Assembly (NCBI RefSeq): GCF_050299255.1
Contig: NZ_JBNKVP010000012.1
Location: forward strand, 5,606-69,605
Direction of reading: 5' to 3'
DNA length: 64,000 nucleotides
DNA from: Vibrio sp.
GTDB taxonomy: Bacteria > Pseudomonadota > Gammaproteobacteria > Enterobacterales > Vibrionaceae
Translations under genes and position numbers: made by a program
Notes under the pieces: generated by a model
Told to the model about the DNA's origin: nothing
Seen by the model: only the letters and a program-made list of their open reading frames with translations
The model's database searches: none
Part shown: one piece after another, positions 30,980 through 40,671 of the stretch
Layout of the letters: each line of letters starts with the position of its first letter
Numbering within the stretch: the first letter of the stretch is position 1

Positions 30980-33328
30980 TTAGTTGTTTAAGAAAAATGG
31001 TCGCCCATAACCCAGTGAGTTGTCGGCGTTATCGATCCCCGTATTCCCAGAGCCCGCGCCAATGGACGTGCCAAAGCCGACAATGCCGAACTTAAAGCTA
31101 AAGTTGTTCTCGTAGATCGGCGTGGCGTTATCAGTATTAATATAGTCGCCTTCCCAGCGACGTAACTGGTTGCTGTAGGTAAAGCCGATGTACCAACAAT
31201 CGGACAGATAATTCAGGTTAGCCACCCATTCCAGTTCACGTCGGGTGGTGAAATCATAGAAGTACTGGGCGCTGGCATGCCATTTTCGACTGAGCTGATA
31301 AGAACCCATTAATCCACCTTGAGAAATACCGTTGCGGGTAATGGTGTTAACATCAAAATCCACCGTATTCTGAATATACTCTTTACTCACGTAGCGGTAA
31401 TTGGTTTGGATAAATCCACCATCAAACTGATATTCGAGTGTACTGTTGCCAGACTGAACTGAGCTGGTATCCAGATCGTACTGCACGCCACCGTGATAAA
31501 ACACGTTGTCATTGAGATTGAAGTCCATTTCAACCGCCCAGGCGGAAAAATTGGAATTGACCTGACGATCCTGATTACGCAGATACTTGTTGGTGGTATC
31601 GAGGTAGAAAATCTGGCCAAACGACAGATTAAAGCGCTCTTTGAAACCGTCGTCGAACAGCCGGGTACTGGCACCGTAGCTGAACTGATTGGCGGCAGCA
31701 ATCCGATCCACTCCACTATAGCGGCGGCTACGGAACAGGCCGTAATAATCATACTGCACCAAGGTGGTGTCATAGAGGTAAATATCACTCTGATCCTGCT
31801 CTGGTACGTACAGGTACTGGATCTGCGGCTCCAGCGTCTGGGTATAGTTACCGAGCACCACGGTATCCCGTTCCAGTACCAGTCCGGCATGCGAACGGAA
31901 TTCAGGAATGACCCGGTAGGTTTCCGGCTTTAGGTCATAGTTACTGAAATTATCAGAACTCAGATTGAGATGGTCTATTTCCTGTTGGTAGTAGGTGCCC
32001 AGCAGGCGAGCTTCAGTAGTCCAGTTGCCCCAGGTGCTTGATAGCGGCACTTTCAAACCAGGTTCGACATGAATTCGCGTGGCACTCGGCTTTTTGGGAT
32101 CATCGGTCTCAAATTGCGAGATATGGCTGACCATATCGAAATCGAGGTAAGGTAGCAGTGCTGGCGCGTAATAGTTGAAATTCAACTGGGGTAACAGCTG
32201 ATAGGGCTGGTTGCCATCTTCAGTCAATACCTGGAAATCTTTTACCACGATCGACGTGTCCCAGTTACTGGCGCGATACATGGCTGAGCCTTTCTGGATC
32301 AGCTGGCCATCTTCACGGTTACCAATGTTGGATCGGACGTCACTGAAGTAGCGGATATCACTGACCTGAGAATAGTCAATATCAAATTTCCACTGCTGCT
32401 GGTAGATCCCGCTGTGTTTATACTGGAAGCCCCAGCGATCACCTTGATCCGGATATTTTTTATCGTCGATCAGGTATTCACTGCGAAAGTTACCCGCACC
32501 CAGTTGGGTCAGGTAACGAAAATCCGTATCAAACTGGTTGCCACGATTCTGCAGGTACTGGTAGGTGGTGGTTAAATCGTAATTTGGAGCCAGGTTCCAG
32601 TAATACGGGATCTCAGTTTTAAAACCATCGCTGGATCCATAGGATATGGTTGGATAGAGAAAACCGGATTTACGGGTATCACCAATCGGCAGGGTGATAT
32701 AGGGCACATACATGACCGGTACATCCAGGATCTCAAACCGAGTGTGGTGAAAGACCGCCTGCTCTTTTTCCTGATCGACATCGATGCTGGAGGCTTTCAT
32801 CCGCCAGGCGTTATCACCGTCAGGACAGGAGGTAATGCTACCGTCTTCAATCTTGTAGACTGCTTTACCGGTTTTAGAAATGTAAACCGCTTCACCTCGT
32901 CCTGGTTCGCACAGGAACTTGTATTGGGTGTTTTCCAGCGTTATTTGATCTTTGTTGAGGTCATTGGTGGCGCGATCAGATTGGGTTTGAAACTCGCCGT
33001 CACTGAACTGCACGTTACCTTCGGCGACGACCATGTTATCTTGCTGATGAAGCGTAACGTTATCGGCGCGAATGCGTTTTTTACCCTGAACGACCACGAC
33101 ATTGCCACTGTAGGTCGCCTTGTCGCCGCTGATCGCTTCCAGAGAGTCCGCTTCTACCTTGATGGGCAGTTGAGTGGCATCTTCTTGCTCAGGAACATCG
33201 ACTAAACATTGATCTATAGCAGGCAGTTCCTGCACACTATCGTTGATCATAGCTTCGGCGAGGGTCTGGGGCACATATAAGGCGGCACCTATGGATGCAG
33301 CCAACAAGGTGCGGGGAAAAAGTGGCAT
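30980..33328 (-). CDS. lptD: LPS-assembly outer-membrane protein LptD
   Basis: 782 aa with a signal peptide, an OstA N-domain and a large beta-barrel ending in an aromatic-rich C-terminus. It lies upstream of surA as in E. coli. Confidence 0.95.
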   Translation of the reverse strand: MPLFPRTLLAASIGAALYVPQTLAEAMINDSVQELPAIDQCLVDVPEQEDATQLPIKVEADSLEAISGDKATYSGNVVVVQGKKRIRADNVTLHQQDNMVVAEGNVQFSDGEFQTQSDRATNDLNKDQITLENTQYKFLCEPGRGEAVYISKTGKAVYKIEDGSITSCPDGDNAWRMKASSIDVDQEKEQAVFHHTRFEILDVPVMYVPYITLPIGDTRKSGFLYPTISYGSSDGFKTEIPYYWNLAPNYDLTTTYQYLQNRGNQFDTDFRYLTQLGAGNFRSEYLIDDKKYPDQGDRWGFQYKHSGIYQQQWKFDIDYSQVSDIRYFSDVRSNIGNREDGQLIQKGSAMYRASNWDTSIVVKDFQVLTEDGNQPYQLLPQLNFNYYAPALLPYLDFDMVSHISQFETDDPKKPSATRIHVEPGLKVPLSSTWGNWTTEARLLGTYYQQEIDHLNLSSDNFSNYDLKPETYRVIPEFRSHAGLVLERDTVVLGNYTQTLEPQIQYLYVPEQDQSDIYLYDTTLVQYDYYGLFRSRRYSGVDRIAAANQFSYGASTRLFDDGFKERFNLSFGQIFYLDTTNKYLRNQDRQVNSNFSAWAVEMDFNLNDNVFYHGGVQYDLDTSSVQSGNSTLEYQFDGGFIQTNYRYVSKEYIQNTVDFDVNTITRNGISQGGLMGSYQLSRKWHASAQYFYDFTTRRELEWVANLNYLSDCWYIGFTYSNQLRRWEGDYINTDNATPIYENNFSFKFGIVGFGTSIGAGSGNTGIDNADNSLGYGRPFFLNN

Positions 33329-33475
33329 TGAGTTTTACTATCCTGTTGAAACTGACTGATCTGGCGAACAGATGTCCAATTGTTATTATGACGCCCCATA
33401 TCATAAAGGAAATTGGCGCATCCAGCACTATCAGACCACCGCATGAGTAAAAAATTCACAGATTGAGAGCACATA

Positions 33476-34324
33476 ATGCATATTTTCGGCAAAATTCTCG
33501 GGGCCTTTTTCGGCTTTTTGTTTGGTGGTCCCGTCGGTGCCATTTTTGGTCTTTTTCTTGGCCATCAATTTGATAAAGCGCGTCGTCTAAACCAGGCGGG
33601 ATTTAAAAGCGGCCCATTTGGCTCCGGGCCGAGCCAGAGTGAAAAACAGCATGAACTGTTCAAGGCGGCGTTTGCCGTGATGGGCCACCTGGCAAAAGCC
33701 AAAGGTCAAGTGACCCGCCAGGAGATTGAACTGGCCAGCATGATGATGGATCGGATGGGCCTGCGCGGTGAACACAGACGTGAAGCACAGGATGCATTTC
33801 GAGAAGGAAAAACCGCCGACTTTCCTCTTCAGGACGTGTTACAGCGGGTAAAAATCTCCACCGGTGGCCGGTTTGACTTGCTGCAGTTTTTTCTTGAGTT
33901 GCAAATCTCAGCAGCGTTCGCGGATGGTGAAATCCATCCGAAAGAGCGAGAAGTGCTGCATCAGGTTGCCAGTGGGCTGGGTTTTTCTGCTGCGCAACTG
34001 GAACAGCGGCTTCGCATGCAGGAAGCTGCCTTCCGTTTCCAGCAAGGCGGGTTTGGCCATGCGGGCGGAGGTCAGCAGGGCCAACAGTGGCAACAGGCAA
34101 CCAGTGCCAGTCAGTTGGCTGACGCCTATAAACTGCTGGGGGTGAGTGAGCAGGCTGACAGTAAAACGGTCAAACGGGCCTATCGTAAGCTGATGAACGA
34201 ACACCACCCGGACAAGCTGATGGCGAAAGGCCTGCCTAAAGAGATGATGAATGTGGCAAAAGAAAAGGCCCAGGAAATCCAGAATGCCTACGACCTGATT
34301 AAACGGGAGAAAGGTTTTAAATGA
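33476..34324 (+). CDS. djlA: Co-chaperone DjlA
   Basis: 282 aa with an N-terminal TM segment (GFLFGGPVGAIFGLFLG), a TerB-like middle region and a C-terminal J domain (AYRKLMNEHHPDKL). Confidence 0.94.
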   Translation: MHIFGKILGAFFGFLFGGPVGAIFGLFLGHQFDKARRLNQAGFKSGPFGSGPSQSEKQHELFKAAFAVMGHLAKAKGQVTRQEIELASMMMDRMGLRGEHRREAQDAFREGKTADFPLQDVLQRVKISTGGRFDLLQFFLELQISAAFADGEIHPKEREVLHQVASGLGFSAAQLEQRLRMQEAAFRFQQGGFGHAGGGQQGQQWQQATSASQLADAYKLLGVSEQADSKTVKRAYRKLMNEHHPDKLMAKGLPKEMMNVAKEKAQEIQNAYDLIKREKGFK

Positions 34325-34449
34325 CCGGGTTGGTTCAGTCGCAATAACCTGTTACTGACATAACGCTAACCGCGCGTTAGTTAATGTATTTATTGGTATT
34401 GCTAATATGTTGGCGTTGTGAATGGACTGAATCAATATAGGACAACAGA

Positions 34450-35493
34450 ATGAAATATCTCTATCCCACGCTAGCAGCCAGTTTGATTGCGACCGCTTTA
34501 ACCGGTTGTTTTGATTCCAGCTCAAATGACCAGCCGAAGACCACGCCAGTGACCTTGTCGGTGACCGATGCGCCGGTCGACGAGATGGAAAAAGTAGTAG
34601 TGGCTTACAGTAAGGTGGCGTTTTTGCCGCTGGATGGCAGCAAGCCTATCCTGTTTGATGTCTATCAGAAAGACGAGCAGGGTAATTACGTCGATGATAA
34701 TGGCGCTCCGCTGGCAGAAGGCGAACAGCCACTGGCGATGCGGGTTGACTTGCTGCAGTACCAGGGCCAGTTGGTGAAGCCTTTGGTTGAACAGCAGGAA
34801 ATTCCGGTTGGTGATTACAAGCTGTGTGTGTTTGCCCACGATGGTAACCATCCGGATCGTGCCTCTTACGTGCAAGACAGTGTCAATCAAAGTCAGTACC
34901 CGCTGACGGTGAAAGGGGATGGCAAATGCCCGCAAGGCGTCGGTGAACTGCCTGATGCCGGAGTACTTTACTTCAATAAAACCTTTACCGTTAATGCGCA
35001 AAACAATGACTTTGTGCTCGATTTCGATTTACGCCGCGGCTTAAAGGAAGACACCACCGTACCGGACAGCTATAGCATTCAGCGTACGTCCGTGTCATTA
35101 ATCAATAGCGTTACCACGGCCGAGTTGACGGGTAGCGTTGATCCTGCAACCTTCAACGACTGTGAATTGAACACGCCGTCGAATAACGGTTTTGCTCACG
35201 CGGTATATCTCTATCCGGGTGATGTGGCGATGGCCGATATGGGCACCTTTGCCGGTACTGGTAGCGTGGCTCCGATTGCGGCAGCCAACGTGCAGGAAAT
35301 CAGCGGCGACGAAGGCAGCAGCTATCAATTTGGCTTTGGTCACCTGGCTGCGGGAAGCTACACCTTAGGCTATACCTGTAGTGCTAACGATGATTCCGAA
35401 GAGGGCATTGTTGAGGGCGAGACATTTGCCATCAACCAGGCCAGCGATGCGATTGCATTGGCCGCCGGTGATGCTAAAAGCTATAGCTTCTAA
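34450..35493 (+). CDS. DUF4382-like lipoprotein
   Basis: 347 aa with the lipobox LTGC at residues 17-20, then VTLSVTDAPVDEMEKVVV, which looks like the DUF4382 N-terminus. The protein is beta-rich and I recognise no catalytic motif. Confidence 0.7.
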   Translation: MKYLYPTLAASLIATALTGCFDSSSNDQPKTTPVTLSVTDAPVDEMEKVVVAYSKVAFLPLDGSKPILFDVYQKDEQGNYVDDNGAPLAEGEQPLAMRVDLLQYQGQLVKPLVEQQEIPVGDYKLCVFAHDGNHPDRASYVQDSVNQSQYPLTVKGDGKCPQGVGELPDAGVLYFNKTFTVNAQNNDFVLDFDLRRGLKEDTTVPDSYSIQRTSVSLINSVTTAELTGSVDPATFNDCELNTPSNNGFAHAVYLYPGDVAMADMGTFAGTGSVAPIAAANVQEISGDEGSSYQFGFGHLAAGSYTLGYTCSANDDSEEGIVEGETFAINQASDAIALAAGDAKSYSF

Positions 35494-35532
35494 AAAACAA
35501 TAGCGTCTGACGGTGATATACCGACAGGTAAT

Positions 35533-35561
35533 AAAAAGGCGAGCAGTATGCTCGCCTTTTT
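35533..35561. terminator. Bidirectional intrinsic terminator (convergent lipoprotein gene and ridA)
   Basis: AAAAAGGCGAGCA-GTA-TGCTCGCCTTTTT. Confidence 0.9.
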
Positions 35562-35589
35562 GCTTCTGTCCGTCACCGGTAGGCGGGTA

Positions 35590-35979
35590 TTATTTACGTA
35601 CCGCAATCGCTTCGATTTCGATGCCGACATCTTTTGGCAACCGCGCTACTTCTACGCAAGAACGCGCTGGGTAGTGTGCGACCTGGTGTTCGTCAAAGAA
35701 CTCGCCGTATACCTGGTTTACGGTGGCAAAATCATTAAGATCTTTAACAAAAACAGTCAGCTTAACAATGTCGCTCACGCTCAGGCCTGAAGCTTCGACC
35801 ACGGCTTTAACATTTTCCAGCGACTGACGCGCCTGCTCAGCGATATCGCTTGAAACTTCACCGGTTACCGGGTTGACCGGGATCTGGCCGGATGTCAGCA
35901 CCATGTTGCCCAGGTCAACACCCTGAACGTAAGGACCAATAGCGGCAGGGGCAGATTCGGTATGTAGTACTTTTGTCAT
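35590..35979 (-). CDS. ridA: 2-iminobutanoate/2-iminopropanoate deaminase RidA
   Basis: 129 aa with APAAIGPYVQG and the C-terminal PARSCVEVARLPKDV motif. It lies downstream of pyrI as in E. coli. Confidence 0.94.
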   Translation of the reverse strand: MTKVLHTESAPAAIGPYVQGVDLGNMVLTSGQIPVNPVTGEVSSDIAEQARQSLENVKAVVEASGLSVSDIVKLTVFVKDLNDFATVNQVYGEFFDEHQVAHYPARSCVEVARLPKDVGIEIEAIAVRK

Positions 35980-36045
35980 TGTTATGTTCCATCTTGCTTA
36001 TGGGAAATTGATAAGCAGTGTGCCGTGAATCGACCCAAGGGTAAA

Positions 36046-36076
36046 GTAAAAATCCCCCGCCGACTGGCGAGGGATT
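36046..36076 (-). terminator. Intrinsic terminator after pyrI
   Basis: Minus strand reads AATCCCTCGCC-AGTC-GGCGGGGGATTTTTACTTT, with one mismatch in the stem. Confidence 0.75.
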
Positions 36077-36093
36077 GAGCAGTTAATGGGTGA

Positions 36094-36555
36094 CTATCGT
36101 TCGGTCACCACCTCGCGTGAAAAGACTTTCTCACAGTACTTACATTTGAGGCGAATATCGTCCGCTTTTTCGATTACGCTGAAACTGCTTTCCACCGGCT
36201 CGTTGTGGGAGATACAGTTGCTGTTCGGACAGGCGAACACGTTGTTGACTCGCTGCGGTAACTCCAGCGCCAACTTCTTAACCACCTGATAATCTTCTAT
36301 CTGGTTAACGGTCGCGTGCGGCGCGTAAAGGGCCAGCTTATTGGCCTGCTCTTCGCTGATAAAGACATTTTCAATCTTCAGCAGATCTTTGTGGCCCAGT
36401 GCCGAAGAGGGCAGGTTGAGGCCCACCGTGACGCGCTGCTGAGATTTGTGCATGTTGAACAGTTTCAACACCTTGATGCCAATTTGTGCCGGAATATGGT
36501 CGATTACGGTGCCGTTTTTAATCGCTTCTACCTGCAATTGTGTCTCTTTTGTCAT
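36094..36555 (-). CDS. pyrI: Aspartate carbamoyltransferase regulatory chain
   Basis: The ATG at 36555 (SD GGAGG) gives 153 aa starting [23 protein letters not shown]. The zinc domain has CPNSNCISH...CKYCEK. Confidence 0.95.
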   Translation of the reverse strand: MTKETQLQVEAIKNGTVIDHIPAQIGIKVLKLFNMHKSQQRVTVGLNLPSSALGHKDLLKIENVFISEEQANKLALYAPHATVNQIEDYQVVKKLALELPQRVNNVFACPNSNCISHNEPVESSFSVIEKADDIRLKCKYCEKVFSREVVTER

Positions 36556-36570
36556 GATATTTTCCTCCAA

Positions 36571-37500
36571 TTACAGTGATTGATTCAGAACCAGTGCCAG
36601 CAAGGCTTCGCGGGCATACACGCCGTTTTCTGCCTGCTGGAAGAAGTAGGCGTGCGGCGTTTTGTCGACGTCGGTGGTAATTTCATCCACCCGTGGTAGT
36701 GGGTGTAGCACTTTGAGGTTTTCACGGGCACCTTCGAGCGTCTTGGCGGTCAGGATGTAAGCCGACTTAATGTGAGCGTATTCCGACTCGTCAAAGCGTT
36801 CTTTCTGTACCCGTGTCATGTACAGGATATCCAGCTCAGGGACCACGCTTTCGATATCGTTGTGCAGGCTGTAAGCGATGCCGGCTTCATCCAATTCTTC
36901 CAAAATGTAATCTGGCATCGCCAGTGCATCTGGTGCGATGAAGAAGAAGCGCACATTGTTGAATTTCGCCAGCGCCTGAGTCAGCGAGTGGACGGTACGG
37001 CCATATTTCAGGTCGCCGACAAAAGCGACGTTCAGGTCGTCCAGGCGGCCTTGGGTTTCAGCGATACTAAACAGATCCAACAGCGTCTGTGTCGGGTGCT
37101 GGTTGGCACCGTCGCCGGCGTTGATCACCGGTACTCCGTTAGAGAATTCAGATGCCAGACGTGCCGCACCTTCCTGTGGGTGGCGCATGACAAAGGCATC
37201 CACGTAAGAGGAGATCACCTGCACGGAATCCGCCAGGGTTTCACCTTTCTTGGCCAGTGAGGTGTTGCCACCGTTATCAAAGCCAATCACATCGCCGCCA
37301 ATGCGCTGGATGGCGGTTTCAAATGACAGACGCGTTCGAGTTGAAGGTTCAAAGAAACAGCTGGCAACCACTTTGTTTTTGATCAGTGTTGGATTTGGCT
37401 CAGATTTGAGCTGACCGGCCGTTTTTACGATCAATTCCAGTTCCTGACGAGACAGTTCCGGAATCGAGATAATGTGCTTCTGATAAAGCGTATTGGTCAT
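36571..37500 (-). CDS. pyrB: Aspartate carbamoyltransferase catalytic chain
   Basis: The ATG at 37500 gives 309 aa starting [19 protein letters not shown], with the STRTR and HPTQ motifs. The track start at 37533 lies inside the attenuator region. Confidence 0.95.
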   Translation of the reverse strand: MTNTLYQKHIISIPELSRQELELIVKTAGQLKSEPNPTLIKNKVVASCFFEPSTRTRLSFETAIQRIGGDVIGFDNGGNTSLAKKGETLADSVQVISSYVDAFVMRHPQEGAARLASEFSNGVPVINAGDGANQHPTQTLLDLFSIAETQGRLDDLNVAFVGDLKYGRTVHSLTQALAKFNNVRFFFIAPDALAMPDYILEELDEAGIAYSLHNDIESVVPELDILYMTRVQKERFDESEYAHIKSAYILTAKTLEGARENLKVLHPLPRVDEITTDVDKTPHAYFFQQAENGVYAREALLALVLNQSL

Positions 37501-37531
37501 AGTCTTCTTCCCTACCCAAGTGATGATGGAC

Positions 37532-37559
37532 AATAAAAAAGCCTCCCTGAAAGGGAGGC
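37532..37559 (-). terminator. pyrBI attenuator (intrinsic terminator about 30 nt upstream of pyrB)
   Basis: Minus strand reads GCCTCCC-TTTCA-GGGAGGC followed by TTTTTTATTG. It begins 1 nt after the leader-peptide stop codon. Confidence 0.85.
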
Positions 37560-37560
37560 T

Positions 37561-37653
37561 TTAATAATCATTAGAAACAGCAATAACGACGGTTAATAAG
37601 CCAATCGGCTTAGCAGCAACTGAGCGTATTTTCGAACGCAATTGACGGGTCAT
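37561..37653 (-). CDS. pyrL: pyrBI operon leader peptide (30 aa, predicted)
   Basis: Not in the ORF track because it is under 60 aa. SD GGAGAT lies 7 nt before the ATG at 37653. The peptide is MTRQLRSKIRSVAAKPIGLLTVVIAVSNDY, with TAA at 37563-37561 abutting the attenuator hairpin. T-rich codons precede the hairpin. Confidence 0.6.
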   Translation of the reverse strand: MTRQLRSKIRSVAAKPIGLLTVVIAVSNDY

Positions 37654-37669
37654 TATCGCTATCTCCAGA

Positions 37670-37710
37670 CAAATTGCGGAGCATTATACGCCTAACTAAT
37701 TTGAGCGCAA
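37670..37710 (-). promoter_or_regulatory. pyrBI promoter with an AATTTG initially transcribed region
   Basis: Minus strand has TTGCGC (37710-37705), a 16-nt spacer and TATAAT (37688-37683), then GCTCCGCAATTTG. E. coli pyrBI has TATAAT-GCCGGACAATTTG. Confidence 0.65.
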
Positions 37711-37747
37711 GCGATTGCATCAAGCTTTAGTCTGGTAATTTTTAAGG

Positions 37748-38752
<1,005 letters not shown>

Positions 38753-38812
38753 ACCTCAGTCCTTTGTCAGGGGATTATGAATAGGGCTAGTAAAACATAA
38801 AAATGGCGTAAA

Positions 38813-38830
38813 TGTGAATAATTATTTTGT
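38813..38830. promoter_or_regulatory. Candidate ARG box upstream of argF
   Basis: TGTGAATAATTATTTTGT has a core TGAATAATTATTTT that matches TGAATwwwwATTCA at 12/14 positions. It lies 61-78 nt upstream of the argF ATG. Confidence 0.4.
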
Positions 38831-38861
38831 AAAAAGAGCGAGATATAAATAATATCTCGCT
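38831..38861 (-). terminator. Intrinsic terminator after the PIN-PhoH gene
   Basis: Minus strand reads AGCGAGATAT-TATTT-ATATCTCGCT followed by CTTTTTAC, a 10-bp perfect stem. Confidence 0.8.
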
Positions 38862-38869
38862 AATTGTGA

Positions 38870-40246
38870 TTATAAATTCTCTTCAGCGAACTCGGCCAGC
38901 CGGCTGCGAACCACGCCATTGAGGTGAATGTTGGCACTGCCTTCGAAGTTTTTGAACCTTTCTACCATGTAGGTAAGACCGGATGTCACCGGAGTCAGAT
39001 AGTGAGAGTCAATCTGCGCCAGGTTGCCGGAACAGACAATTTTGGTGCCTTCGCCGCAGCGGGTAATGATGGTTTTGATCTGCGACGCCGTCAGGTTCTG
39101 ACATTCGTCGAGCAGCACAAAGGCATTCTGGATTGAGCGTCCGCGCATAAAGTTGATCGACTTAAACTGAATGTTGGCTTTATCACAAATGTACTTGAGT
39201 GAGCCTTCAGTGCAGTGGTCATTTTTGTGCAGCGCTTCCAGGGTATCGGTGACCGCGGCCAGCCAGGGCATCATTTTCTCCTCTTCGGTGCCAGGTAAAA
39301 AGCCGATCGACTCGCCGATGTCCGGGGTATTGCGGGTGACGATGATCTTATCGAACATACCTTTCTCTATCGTCTGTTCCAGCGCCGCCGCCATCGCCAG
39401 CAGGGTTTTACCGCTACCGGCGGCACCGGTCAGGATCACCAGGTCGATATCAGTATCAAGCAGAGCGTCCATGGCCATCGCCTGATAGATATTTTTCGGA
39501 GTGATGTCCCAGGCCCGGCGGTGCATCATCCTTTCCCGGCTGAGATCGCGCACGGTTAACGTTTCACTGTCGACTCGTTCGACCCGGCCGGCAAAGTCGC
39601 TTTTTTCATCCAGTACATACTGGTTGATGTAGGTCGGTTCAAATGGTGCCCGCGCAATGGTGTGGTAGGTATAACCGCCCAATGTCTGACTGTCGACCTG
39701 ATCGATTCGGCTCCAGAACTCGCCTTCGACCTGCTGGAAGCCCTTGGTCAGGTACTGCACATCGTCTATCAGTTGATCGGTACGGTAATCTTCCACGTAG
39801 CGGACCCCGGCCCCCTTGGCGCGCAGCCGCATGTTGATATCTTTGGTCACCAGGACCACATCCCTTGGCGCCCGTTTGGTCTGCAGGTTGAGCACAGCAT
39901 TGAGGATACGGTTGTCGCCGGCCTTATCAGCAAACGCTTTCACCGTTTCCTGCAGTTGGAAATCGGCCAGGATAGAGATATGTCCGGTTTGAGCTGACTC
40001 CTTGTTAATAGGGATACCTTCAGAGATGGCCTCTGGCGTGGCGTCTTTAAAAAAGTCTTCCAGTGCCCGGATGGCGACCCGGGCATCGCGGGCGACGTCG
40101 CGCTTGCTGTCTTTGATTCGGTCTAATTCTTCGAGGACGGTCATCGGAATGACCACGTCATGTTCTTGGAAGGAGTAAATAGCAAAAGGTTCGTGAAGAA
40201 GGATATTGGTGTCGAGTACAAACAGTTTCCGATCGGTGTCGGCCAT
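38870..40246 (-). CDS. PIN-domain/PhoH-like ATPase fusion (PhoH2/YlaK-like)
   Basis: The ATG at 40246 (SD AAGGAG) gives 458 aa; the track ORF adds 45 upstream codons with no SD. The N-terminus LFVLDTNILLHEP fits a PIN fold. The C-terminal half has Walker A ILTGAAGSGKT and Walker B VLLDECQN of PhoH ATPases. Confidence 0.85.
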   Translation of the reverse strand: MADTDRKLFVLDTNILLHEPFAIYSFQEHDVVIPMTVLEELDRIKDSKRDVARDARVAIRALEDFFKDATPEAISEGIPINKESAQTGHISILADFQLQETVKAFADKAGDNRILNAVLNLQTKRAPRDVVLVTKDINMRLRAKGAGVRYVEDYRTDQLIDDVQYLTKGFQQVEGEFWSRIDQVDSQTLGGYTYHTIARAPFEPTYINQYVLDEKSDFAGRVERVDSETLTVRDLSRERMMHRRAWDITPKNIYQAMAMDALLDTDIDLVILTGAAGSGKTLLAMAAALEQTIEKGMFDKIIVTRNTPDIGESIGFLPGTEEEKMMPWLAAVTDTLEALHKNDHCTEGSLKYICDKANIQFKSINFMRGRSIQNAFVLLDECQNLTASQIKTIITRCGEGTKIVCSGNLAQIDSHYLTPVTSGLTYMVERFKNFEGSANIHLNGVVRSRLAEFAEENL

Positions 40247-40671
40247 AAGCGTCTCCTTGCCGTCTGGCGGCAGCTTAGCAATCGCTGTTTGCAGAAGGGG
40301 TTGGACGCCATGTTCCGCTGGCGCGAATGACTGGGTCCGACATTCTGCAACCTGGTGTTGAACTAGCTTATGACTATGCATGCGCTATGCCAATCTGGAA
40401 CAGGGCGGGCGCAGCACACTCACCTAGAGTATATGCCATGCTGTGCAACACACACTGTTAGCAATGCCACGAAAATATGACAGTTTGAAGACGGGCAAAA
40501 AAACCGGTCGATAAGTGGCTTTATACGTGACCCATATCACGGCTTGCAGTAAGATGAGCGACCTTTTTCGCGGCTGTCTGACATCCGTCGGATTTCCGCG
40601 CGTAGACGCTGTAGCCAGAACTGACAGCGGCTAAGATAATAAGACAAAACTAAGAATGAGGTAGTCGATCG

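Noticed and set aside
40367-40477. A 36-codon ORF (MTMHALCQSGTGRAQHTHLEYMPCCATHTVSNATKI) in the PIN-PhoH/rapA spacer.
   Set aside because: It has no SD and no recognisable features. Short ORFs of this size are expected by chance.
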